Translations under genes and position numbers: made by a program
Shown here: positions 57,256-64,000 of the stretch, in pieces
Layout of the letters: every line of letters starts with the position of its first letter
How positions within the stretch are numbered: position 1 is the first letter of the stretch
IMG/VR virus record: IMGVR_UViG_3300033550_000002
Location: 1-64,000 of that record
Strand: one strand, 5' to 3'
DNA from: a virus
Length of the DNA stretch: 64,000 bases
Notes under the pieces: model-generated
The model's input: the letters and a program-made list of their open reading frames with translations, nothing else
Databases searched by the model: none
What the model was told of the DNA's origin: nothing

Positions 57256-57333
57256 GCGCCCCCCGGTTCACCGGAACGACTGCGGAGAGTTTCATTACCA
57301 GTGAAGTATCCGCTGTCTTCGCACCGGGGGTGC
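57256..57333 (-). ncRNA. minimal Y RNA, unit 3 (scaffold + anticodon-like stem-loop only)
   Basis: GCACCCCCGGUGCGAAGACAGCGGAUACUUCACUGGUAAUGAA...CCGCAGUC...GGUGAACCGGGGGGCGC. Confidence 0.72.
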
Positions 57334-57340
57334 AGGAAAA

Positions 57341-57370
57341 ACATTACGGGATGCTGCGACGAGGTCGCAA
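57341..57370 (-). promoter_or_regulatory. sigma70/HrdB-type promoter for the Y RNA array
   Basis: TTGCGA-N18-TAATGT; predicted start coincides with the 5' G of unit 3. Confidence 0.7.
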
Positions 57371-57375
57371 CTCCT

Positions 57376-57849
57376 TTACGCGTAGACCGCGCAGAGCAGC
57401 CAGGAGGCCGTCGTCTGCTGCGGGGTCATCTCCAGCCGCTCCAGCGCCCGGCTCAGCCTGCCCTCCGCGAGGAGGTACTGCGCCGGGGTGAACGTGAGCG
57501 GGTCGATGGCCTGGGGAACGGTGCCGGAAGCCTTGAAGGTCATGCCGGAGGCGACCAGGGAGATGTGCGTGTACTCCAGGTGCCCGGTCCAGCAGATGTC
57601 GATGCCGAGGTGCTTCGCCATGAGCGCGGACAGCGAGTACTCGGCGGAGTCGATCTCCTCCTGGCTCACGTTGCCCGCGCGCAGGAGCCGCCTGCGCATC
57701 TCGTTCTCGTAGTCCGACTCGATGTCGGCCATCCAGTGGCCGTCGAGAAGGCTGCCGTACTCGTCGACCTCGTCGACCTTCCAGGAGCCCTCGTCGGGAC
57801 AGCCCAGGTAGAACCCGTACGCGAGGCGCGCACTCGACCCCATCGGCAT
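57376..57849 (-). CDS. hypothetical protein
   Basis: 157 aa; 'MG.S.ARLAYGF.LG', 'WLLCA.Y'. Confidence 0.6.
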   Translation of the reverse strand: MPMGSSARLAYGFYLGCPDEGSWKVDEVDEYGSLLDGHWMADIESDYENEMRRRLLRAGNVSQEEIDSAEYSLSALMAKHLGIDICWTGHLEYTHISLVASGMTFKASGTVPQAIDPLTFTPAQYLLAEGRLSRALERLEMTPQQTTASWLLCAVYA

Positions 57850-57881
57850 ACCATTTCCCCTCTCCGGAACAAGACCGCGCG

Positions 57882-58004
57882 TCAGTACGCGCCGGACTCC
57901 TCGTACATCATCGTGATCTTCTGCTCCCGGTAGGCTTCCAGCTCCTCCGGGGACAGGAAGGTCATGCCGTCCTCGATCGCGATAAAATCGGCCGTGTCGG
58001 CCAT
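57882..58004 (-). CDS. 40-aa acidic small protein (not in ORF track)
   Basis: MADTADFIAIEDGMTFLSPEELEAYREQKITMMYEESGAY; AAGGGAG RBS; strong GC3. Confidence 0.55.
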   Translation of the reverse strand: MADTADFIAIEDGMTFLSPEELEAYREQKITMMYEESGAY

Positions 58005-58027
58005 CTTTTCTTCTCCCTTCCCTTGCG

Positions 58028-58145
58028 TGTACACGATGGGATTCGAACCCACGGACCGCACGGAATCACCAGTTCCGCCCGGTCGCCTGCCCCTGTCGCT
58101 GGGACGACTTCAGCAGGCACCCTTTGGCCACTCGGGCACGTGTAC
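58028..58145 (-). tRNA. atypical class II (Leu-like) tRNA with 24-nt anticodon loop and long variable arm
   Basis: 7-bp acceptor GUACACG/CGUGUAC, discriminator A, D arm CCC-GAGUGGCCAAA-GGG, T arm GUGGG-UUCGAAU-CCCAU. Confidence 0.7.
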
Positions 58146-58254
58146 TGCCGGACCTCGAACGGTTACCGGCCCAGATTCCGCCTACGGGGGTCAATGTGGC
58201 CATACGGCTCATCTACGCGGAATCAAGGAGGCTCTTCTGCCACCCCCACCTCAG

Positions 58255-58325
58255 AACCTGTGACGGGATTTGAACCCGCGCCGCCGACACCCTCACGTCG
58301 GAGTGCTGCGCTACACCACACAGGC
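58255..58325 (-). tRNA. tRNA-like gene with 8-nt anticodon loop and no D-loop GG
   Basis: GCCUGUG/CACAGGU acceptor; CCGAC-GUGAGGGU-GUCGG; GCGGG-UUCAAAU-CCCGU. Confidence 0.65.
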
Positions 58326-58437
58326 CGGAATCCAGGAGCGGAAGCGTGGAGCCGCCGCTGTGCCTTCCTGGATTCCTTGTTGGTTCAAAAAGGACCGAGG
58401 GCTGTGCTGTGCCAACAGGGTGCAACCCCCGGTCCAG

Positions 58438-58511
58438 TCGACGGAGAAGGACTTGAACCTTCGACCTCTGGTTTATCAGACCAGTGCTCTACCGAACTGA
58501 GCTATCCGTCG
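58438..58511 (-). tRNA. tRNA-Ile(GAU), CCA not encoded
   Basis: canonical cloverleaf; CUGGU-CUGAUAA-ACCAG; discriminator A. Confidence 0.92.
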
Positions 58512-58622
58512 TTCCTCGCCAGGGGTGGTCGGATCACCCCCGGCGAAGGGTGCGCCGAGGAGGGCCAAATCAACCTCGGTGCGGGTGTTCTCAGGTGGTC
58601 GGACACCCTCGAACTAGTTATT

Positions 58623-58652
58623 ACGTTACCGGAGTTGAGGGCAGGGTGTCAA
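58623..58652 (-). promoter_or_regulatory. strong sigma70/HrdB-type promoter for the tRNA/ncRNA cluster
   Basis: TTGACA-N18-TAACGT. Confidence 0.75.
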
Positions 58653-58662
58653 CTTCCTGCGA

Positions 58663-59970
58663 TCAGACCGCGAGGCGGAAGTACTCCCCGTCCGGCTTCA
58701 GGATTCCGTCGCGGGTGAAGGACCGCAGGAATCCCGTCGCCTGCTGGGTCCCGCAGCCCGTCCAGGAAGCCAGGATCTCCGGCGTCCAGAAGCCGTCCGG
58801 CTGGCTCCTGAGCGCCCGCAGGGCGACGTCCCGGGGAAACTGCCCGACACCGTTCTTCGGGTACGCCAGGAGGCGCACCATGTCGTCGGTGACCGTCCAG
58901 GTGCGGATCAGGTTCCGGCCGTGCACGTTCAGGTACCCGTGCCCCCGGAAGCGCGTTCCGCGCGGGAGCGTGTGCGGCTCCACGCCGGAGCCGTCGCCGA
59001 GCACCGTCGTCGTGTTCTGCGAGGTGTTCACCCGCAGGCAGAAGGAGTAGTCGAAGTTCGAGCGGATGCCCGAGGTGATACCCCGGTCGTCTCCCGTGCG
59101 CAGCGGGTTCTGCGTCATCCACATCAGGATGACCTCGCGGGAACGCCCCTGGCTGGACAGCTCGGTGAGCTTCTGCATCACCGACTTGTCCGGGCCCTCC
59201 TGGAAGGTGTACTCCTCACCGTCCTGGTTCTTCGGGGCCTTGCCGCGCCGCTTGTCCTCCTCGATCACCGCGCAGAGGACCGAGTACCCCTCGTCGATGA
59301 CGATGAGCTTGCGGGGCCCGAGCTGGAAGTCCCACTTGCTCAGGCCCTTCTTGGCCATCAGGGCGGCCCGCTCTTCCATCTTGGCGTGGGCGGACTCGAT
59401 GGCCTCGATGATCTCCTCGTGGGCGACCGCGCAGCGGCAGATGCCGCGCCAGACCGTGGCCTCCTCGCCCTTCCCGTCGATGAACCAGTCCAGCTCCTCG
59501 TCGGGGTGCACGACGGCGCGGGCCATCAGGGACCGCGTGGACCAGCTCTTGCCGGAGCCCGAGGCCCCGCCGACCAGGATGCGCTCGTTGCGCGGTACGT
59601 CGACCTCCTCGCCCGTGACGGTGTCGCGCCCCAGGGTCGTGATGCCGGGGTGCCAGAACATGTCCAGCTCGTCGGTCACGTACCGGGTCCGGATCGCGTA
59701 GAGCACTCGCGAGGACCGGCCGGAGGGCGACAGGTCGCTCAGGTCGGCGTCGAGGACGTCGAGCATGACGCGCAGCTTCTGGTGCCCGCGCTCCAGCTCG
59801 GTCAGGGTGTCGCGGTCGTTGAGTCCGAGGGTCGCCACGACCCCGGACTCGGTCAGGGCGGCGTTGACCAGGCTCACGCCACGGAAGCCGCGCTTGCGGG
59901 ACTCGACTTCCCACCAGGCGGGCTGGAGGAGGTCGAGGAGGCGCAGTTCCTCATCCGTCGGCTTCAGCAC
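58663..59970 (-). CDS. FtsK/SpoIIIE-family conjugative translocase (TraB/TraSA-like)
   Basis: Walker A 'GGASGSGKS', 'IDGK', Walker B 'IVIDEG', 'QGRS', 'TQNP', 'IRSNF', C-terminal wHTH. Confidence 0.85.
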   Translation of the reverse strand: MLKPTDEELRLLDLLQPAWWEVESRKRGFRGVSLVNAALTESGVVATLGLNDRDTLTELERGHQKLRVMLDVLDADLSDLSPSGRSSRVLYAIRTRYVTDELDMFWHPGITTLGRDTVTGEEVDVPRNERILVGGASGSGKSWSTRSLMARAVVHPDEELDWFIDGKGEEATVWRGICRCAVAHEEIIEAIESAHAKMEERAALMAKKGLSKWDFQLGPRKLIVIDEGYSVLCAVIEEDKRRGKAPKNQDGEEYTFQEGPDKSVMQKLTELSSQGRSREVILMWMTQNPLRTGDDRGITSGIRSNFDYSFCLRVNTSQNTTTVLGDGSGVEPHTLPRGTRFRGHGYLNVHGRNLIRTWTVTDDMVRLLAYPKNGVGQFPRDVALRALRSQPDGFWTPEILASWTGCGTQQATGFLRSFTRDGILKPDGEYFRLAV

Positions 59971-60277
59971 GGCGCTCCTCCGGGGTGACGTCGATGAAGG
60001 GCTCCGTGTGCAGGCGCAGGACCAGGCCGGTCTCGACCGCGATGTAGGCGCTGTACGGGGGCACGTGCTGGCAGATGGCGGCGGCCCTGTCGAGGGCGTC
60101 ACGGCCCTCCAGGCCGTCCCGGAGGAACCACACGGCCATCGTGTCGGCCGGTCCGAGACCGAGCGACAGGGCGGCGTTGTGCGGGTTCGTGGCGAGAACG
60201 GCGTCCCCGCTGTAGACGTTGTAGGTCAGGTCGCGGCCCCTTCGCCGCGCCTTCACCGCGTAGTACTGGTTGAGCAT
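59951..60277 (-). CDS. hypothetical protein
   Basis: 108 aa, AAAGGA RBS, overlaps the traB-like start. Confidence 0.55.
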   Translation of the reverse strand: MLNQYYAVKARRRGRDLTYNVYSGDAVLATNPHNAALSLGLGPADTMAVWFLRDGLEGRDALDRAAAICQHVPPYSAYIAVETGLVLRLHTEPFIDVTPEERRAEADG

Positions 60278-60363
60278 TCCTTTCTCCTTTCACGACGAAG
60301 GCCGGTCCGGGCGCGAGGGGATCTCGCCCGGACCGGCCGGTCCTTGGTGCGCCGGAGCGCGGG

Positions 60364-60897
60364 TCAGAAGGTGCTGCCGACGGAGACGGCCTCGGCGGCC
60401 TCGTCCTCGTCGTCCTCGTCGATCTCCGCCTCGATCAGGTCCTCGTCGAGGCCCGCCTCGGCGGCGACGGCGTCGGCCTTGCGGATGTCGTCGACCAGCG
60501 CCTGCGCCTCGTCGGCGGAGAGGTTGGTGTCGAGGACGATCGCCGGGACCGGGTCGACGCCGGAGGCGTCGGCGCGCTGGACGATCGGCTTCACGACGTT
60601 GTCGCGGACCGAGTTCTTCAGGCTGACGGCCCAGTCCTCGCCGTTCTTCGCGGCCTCCTGGAAGGCCAGGTCGGCGAAGGCGAACAGGTCGTCGTCCTTG
60701 GTGGTGGAGCTGGGGTTGTCGAGTGCTGCTTCGACCTGGACGCGGATGTAGCTGCGCAGGTCGGCGTCGGCCGCACCCGGGAACTTCAGCTTGGCCTTGC
60801 GGGTCAGGGACCGGATCGTGGTTCCGAGCGACACGGGTTTCTTCCTCTCCTCAACAGCTTTCAGGTTCTGCGCTGTTCTCTGTGAACAGCTTAGCAC
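60364..60897 (-). CDS. hypothetical acidic protein
   Basis: GC3-biased ORF; true start probably near 60833. Confidence 0.55.
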   Translation of the reverse strand: MLSCSQRTAQNLKAVEERKKPVSLGTTIRSLTRKAKLKFPGAADADLRSYIRVQVEAALDNPSSTTKDDDLFAFADLAFQEAAKNGEDWAVSLKNSVRDNVVKPIVQRADASGVDPVPAIVLDTNLSADEAQALVDDIRKADAVAAEAGLDEDLIEAEIDEDDEDEAAEAVSVGSTF

Positions 60898-60913
60898 GAA
60901 ATGGCCTGGGCCA

Positions 60914-61273
60914 CTACTTCTGGGCCGGACCCTTCGGGCGCTTGCGGATCGTGGCCGCCGCCGGGTCGTCGGAGTTCGCGAAGTCCGTCAGCCGGGCCGA
61001 CGGGACGAACTTGATGACGTACCGCTCCGGCACCAGAACGCGCTCGCCGGTCTGCGGGTTGCGGGCGTACCGGGCGGGCCGCTTGACGCGGGTGAAGGTG
61101 CCGAAGTTCGTGATGGAGGTCGAGCACCCCTGCGCGGCCCGGTTCGCGACGATGTCGAAGACCGTTTCCGTCGCCTCGTAGGCGGCGGACTGAGTCATCG
61201 AGTTGCGGTCCGCGACCTCGTGCGCGAGGGAGAGCTTGTTCAGATTCGTGACGTTCTTGTCGTCCTGGGTCAC
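60914..61273 (-). CDS. HU/IHF-like histone-like DNA-binding protein
   Basis: 'ITNFGTFTRVKRPARYARNPQTGE....P......F.PS'. Confidence 0.9.
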   Translation of the reverse strand: MTQDDKNVTNLNKLSLAHEVADRNSMTQSAAYEATETVFDIVANRAAQGCSTSITNFGTFTRVKRPARYARNPQTGERVLVPERYVIKFVPSARLTDFANSDDPAAATIRKRPKGPAQK

Positions 61274-61486
61274 GTCGGTTTCCTTTCCTCAACTAGGCCA
61301 AGCATACCACTACTTGGGCAACTGCGCAGCAGGGTTGGCCCGATTGGGCGCAAGGAGTGGTAGCGGAGTGAACAACGGTACGCCGACAGGCGTGTTTCCG
61401 TCACATCTTCCAGGCGGAAAACCGACCTGAATCGGAACGGAAGGAGGGGCCCGGCCGAAGCCGGACCCCTCCTGGGTTCCTCGACG

Positions 61487-61780
61487 TCACCGTCCTCGGC
61501 GGAACCAGCCGGTTGTGGACTTCGCGTCGCGGTCGGCGAAGGACTCGCCTCCGCCGTTGTCGGATGCGGCCCGACGGCTCGCCCGGCCCAGAAGGCGGGA
61601 CTCCGAGGACCGGGGTGCCGCGATGAGCTGACGCATCGCGTCCTGCGTGCTGAGCCCGGTCGCCGACGGCGCGCTGTCGCGCGTCTGCCGCTCCGCCGCC
61701 TTGCGCCGGTTCCGGTCGCTCGCCGACTCCTTGCCCTTCGCCGCGTACTTCGCGGCCAGTCGCTCGTCCCGCTTGCTCAC
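61487..61780 (-). CDS. basic hypothetical protein
   Basis: 97 aa. Confidence 0.5.
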   Translation of the reverse strand: MSKRDERLAAKYAAKGKESASDRNRRKAAERQTRDSAPSATGLSTQDAMRQLIAAPRSSESRLLGRASRRAASDNGGGESFADRDAKSTTGWFRRGR

Positions 61781-62160
61781 GTTCCGTTCCTCTCTTCGAT
61801 GTGGAGGGACACGGTGATGCCCATCCGGGACTTCGGGGTCCTGTCGTGCGGGTCGTACGCCTTGCTCTCCGCGATGAACACGCAGGCCATGTCGGCGTCC
61901 AGCGCGTCCTCCGGAAGAAGCGTCGAGCGGGCGGTCAGGCTGACCGACCCGATTCGGAACGAGATCGATCCGGGCCGGACCGTCACCAGGCCGTCACCGG
62001 CCGGGGGCACCGGACCGTTCGGGAAGTCGCCGCCCTTGCCGCCGGACTGGGTCATGGCCAGCTCGCACTCGAACCGGTCCGAGGTGTCCTCGTGCGCCAG
62101 GACGGCGATGACCGCCCCGACCTTCCGGTCCACCCAGGAGGTCACGTTGACCTGGCCCAT
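61777..62160 (-). CDS. hypothetical protein
   Basis: TGATG-coupled operon gene. Confidence 0.5.
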   Translation of the reverse strand: MGQVNVTSWVDRKVGAVIAVLAHEDTSDRFECELAMTQSGGKGGDFPNGPVPPAGDGLVTVRPGSISFRIGSVSLTARSTLLPEDALDADMACVFIAESKAYDPHDRTPKSRMGITVSLHIEERNGT

Positions 62161-62272
62161 CACGCGGCCCCGAGGTTGTCGGGGTCGAGCGCCACGCTCT
62201 CGCCGATCCGGCGGCCGACCAGCATGGCCAGCACGGCGGCCACGGTCACGCACGCCCACGTTCGCATCTTCC

Positions 62273-62482
62273 TCATGCCTGCTTCTCCTCCTCTTCCTTC
62301 TTGCCCTTGAGGTGCCGCTCCAGCGGCCTGGAGGCCGTGATGACCAGGGCCTCGCTCGCGATCAGGGCCGCCAGCGGCCAGCCGTCCACGTCCGCCGCGC
62401 CGACCGCCGTGAGCCAGAGCGCCGCACCAGTGGCGCTCATGACCAGGTAGACCGCGAGGGCCTTGCCCGCCTTGCCGCCCAT
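62273..62482 (-). CDS. small 2-TM membrane protein
   Basis: hydrophobic helices. Confidence 0.5.
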   Translation of the reverse strand: MGGKAGKALAVYLVMSATGAALWLTAVGAADVDGWPLAALIASEALVITASRPLERHLKGKKEEEEKQA

Positions 62483-62769
62483 CAGGCCGTCGCGACCTTC
62501 GCCTGGCGGATCTCGGCCAGCTTGGCGATGACCTCCTGCGCCCAGCCGCCGCGCTTCCGGTTCCGCGCGGCACGGCGGAGGCGGGAGTTCAGCGTGTTCA
62601 GGGCGGCCGAGTCGTTGTAGTCGTACCGGCTGGCGATGTCCTTGACGAGGCCGATCAGGTTGTCGGTCGCCTCACGGGACAGGCCCATCGTCAGGAGGAC
62701 TGCGGCGGTCTCGAAGCCGACCGGCTTCACCTTGCCGTTGCGACCGTTCTCGATGATCGTGGTGGCCAT
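62482..62769 (-). CDS. hypothetical protein
   Basis: first gene after a TTGACG promoter carrying the operator variant. Confidence 0.55.
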   Translation of the reverse strand: MATTIIENGRNGKVKPVGFETAAVLLTMGLSREATDNLIGLVKDIASRYDYNDSAALNTLNSRLRRAARNRKRGGWAQEVIAKLAEIRQAKVATA

Positions 62770-62888
62770 GTTCTTCCCCTTTTCCGAAGCCGCCTTTTCG
62801 GCGTTGAGACCACTCTTTCAGAAAGTGGCCCAGGCCGTCAAGCGTGCCTGGTGACGCTATGATTGACGGAAGGAAAGGAGGTGGTGGG

Positions 62889-63350
62889 GTGACGGGAGAC
62901 CTTCACGAGCAGATCCAGATCCCGGCCGACTGGCCCCTCACGGAAGAACCGGTCACCGAACCCAGGGCCGGACCCGAGGGTCGGCTCTCGTTCACCCAGG
63001 TCCCCGACTGGGTGATCATCTGCGAGCGCATAAACGCAACGGCCTTCAGGCTGTGGAGTGTTCTGCGGTCGATGCAGTTCGAGAACGAGGGGCCCGGGAT
63101 ACCCCCGCTGACGCTCGACGAGGTCTGCTGGCTGCTGCCGGGGATCAACGGGAAGCCGACGTCGAAGTCCCGGGCCAGGCAGGCGCTGGACGACCTGCTC
63201 GAAGAGGGGATTCTGGAGGACGTCAGCGAGCCGGGGCTCGGGCGGGCTGCCGCCCGGAGCTATGTCACGCACGACCGGCCGGTGAAGTCCCTCGGGCACA
63301 GCAGTGCACGCAGGAAGCTGCGAAGGTACTGGCCGGGCTGGCGCAAGTAA
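62889..63350 (+). CDS. winged-helix protein resembling plasmid replication-initiator N-terminal domains
   Basis: 'FTQVPDWV....NATAFRLWSVL...ARQALDDLLEEG.L'; AAGGAGG RBS. Confidence 0.55.
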   Translation: MTGDLHEQIQIPADWPLTEEPVTEPRAGPEGRLSFTQVPDWVIICERINATAFRLWSVLRSMQFENEGPGIPPLTLDEVCWLLPGINGKPTSKSRARQALDDLLEEGILEDVSEPGLGRAAARSYVTHDRPVKSLGHSSARRKLRRYWPGWRK

Positions 63351-63520
63351 CAGAACAGCCGCCCCTCCGGCGGGGGGGATACCGGAGGTGCGGCTGCCTG
63401 GAGCCGGGCTCCTCGGCTCTCCCTCAAAAGGTACAGGGAGAGTCGGGGATTCGCAGCAGGAACCTCTGAACTTCCTCAAGCCGGGTTCCAGTCCGGCCGC
63501 GACGGGAGAAGATGCCAGGC

Positions 63521-63733
63521 ATGACACTCAAGAAGAAGCCGCAGCAGGCGGCCAAGAAGAAGCCCGGCTCCTCCTCGACCGCGCAGACTCCCGCGTCGTC
63601 GCCGTTCGACATCCTCCAGTCCGCCGCGTCGAACGGCTCCTACACCTCGTCCTCCTGCGACAGCGGTTCCAGCTCCAGCTCGTGCGACAGCGGCTCCAGC
63701 TCCTCGTCGAGCTGCGACAGCGGCGGGTTCTGA
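63521..63733 (+). CDS. small Ser-rich protein with SSSCDSG repeats
   Basis: three TGCGACAGCGG repeats. Confidence 0.5.
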   Translation: MTLKKKPQQAAKKKPGSSSTAQTPASSPFDILQSAASNGSYTSSSCDSGSSSSSCDSGSSSSSSCDSGGF

Positions 63734-63734
63734 C

Positions 63735-64000
63735 TCAGAACGTGAACACGTTGCTGAAGTACGGCGTCGTCGCCGGGTCCGTCACCGAGCCCGGCGACAG
63801 GTGCCAGTACCGGCCCCGGTAGGTCGTGTCGTTGAAGTTCACCGTGTACGGCCCGACGTCGGTCCGGCTGGCCGAGATGCCCGTCGGCGTCACCGAGACC
63901 TCGAAGGTCATGGGGACTCCGGCGACCGGAGCCACCGTCGTCGTGGTGGCGAGCTGCGTCCCGGTGGTGACCCCGGCGGTGTGCCGGTAGAGCTGGAGAT
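63735..64000 (-). CDS. 3' end of a gene truncated by the window edge
   Basis: open frame runs to the end of the window. Confidence 0.45.
   Translation of the reverse strand, partial: LQLYRHTAGVTTGTQLATTTTVAPVAGVPMTFEVSVTPTGISASRTDVGPYTVNFNDTTYRGRYWHLSPGSVTDPATTPYFSNVFTF

Noticed and set aside
56917-57333. CRISPR-like array reading of the three repeated motifs
   Set aside because: Repeats are split into 5' and 3' halves that pair around structured inserts, are not identical, and no cas operon is present; Y RNA fits better.
58255-58325. 8-nt-loop tRNA as the driver of the tail chaperone +1 shift
   Set aside because: Its possible quadruplet anticodons (reading CCUC/CCCU) do not match the GGG UUU CCU G site.
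58023-58718. 231-aa + strand ORF across the tRNA cluster
   Set aside because: Antisense to tRNAs; non-coding composition.
63640-63730. TGCGACAGCGG repeats as iterons
   Set aside because: Explained by a low-complexity SSSCDSG peptide tail.

Overview
High-GC actinobacterial DNA, most consistent with a Streptomyces siphovirus that also carries plasmid-type conjugation genes (a plasmid-phage). Layout: (1) + strand head-tail/tail module at 0.5-17 kb, with two glycosyltransferases inserted among the virion genes and a tail chaperone pair offset by +1; (2) - strand replication/recombination block at 17-32 kb (RuvC-like, PolA, primase-helicase, RecT-like, Cas4-like nuclease, third glycosyltransferase, DEDDh exoribonuclease, UvrD-like helicase); (3) Streptomyces-plasmid-like transfer/spread region at 33-46 kb (NlpC/P60, SLT, membrane proteins, KorSA-like GntR, SpdB-like protein), plus a TraB/FtsK ATPase at 58.7-60 kb; (4) a lysis cassette at 48.6-50.8 kb and an SNF2 helicase; (5) an RNA-centred locus at 54.5-58.65 kb. 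The RNA locus is the most striking part. It holds a TROVE/Ro60 gene and an ATP-dependent RNA ligase, preceded by three tandem Y-RNA-like units with their own promoter and terminator. The units share one scaffold but carry different tRNA-derived cargo: a circularly permuted tRNA-Trp, a permuted Gln-like body with a CAG anticodon-like loop, and a bare GGU anticodon stem-loop. A second ~600-nt hairpin-rich transcript carries one canonical tRNA-Ile and two tRNAs with aberrant anticodon loops. A GGCCTAGGCC palindrome recurs at promoters across the early/transfer region. All calls come from reading motifs by eye; no searches or folding programs were run.
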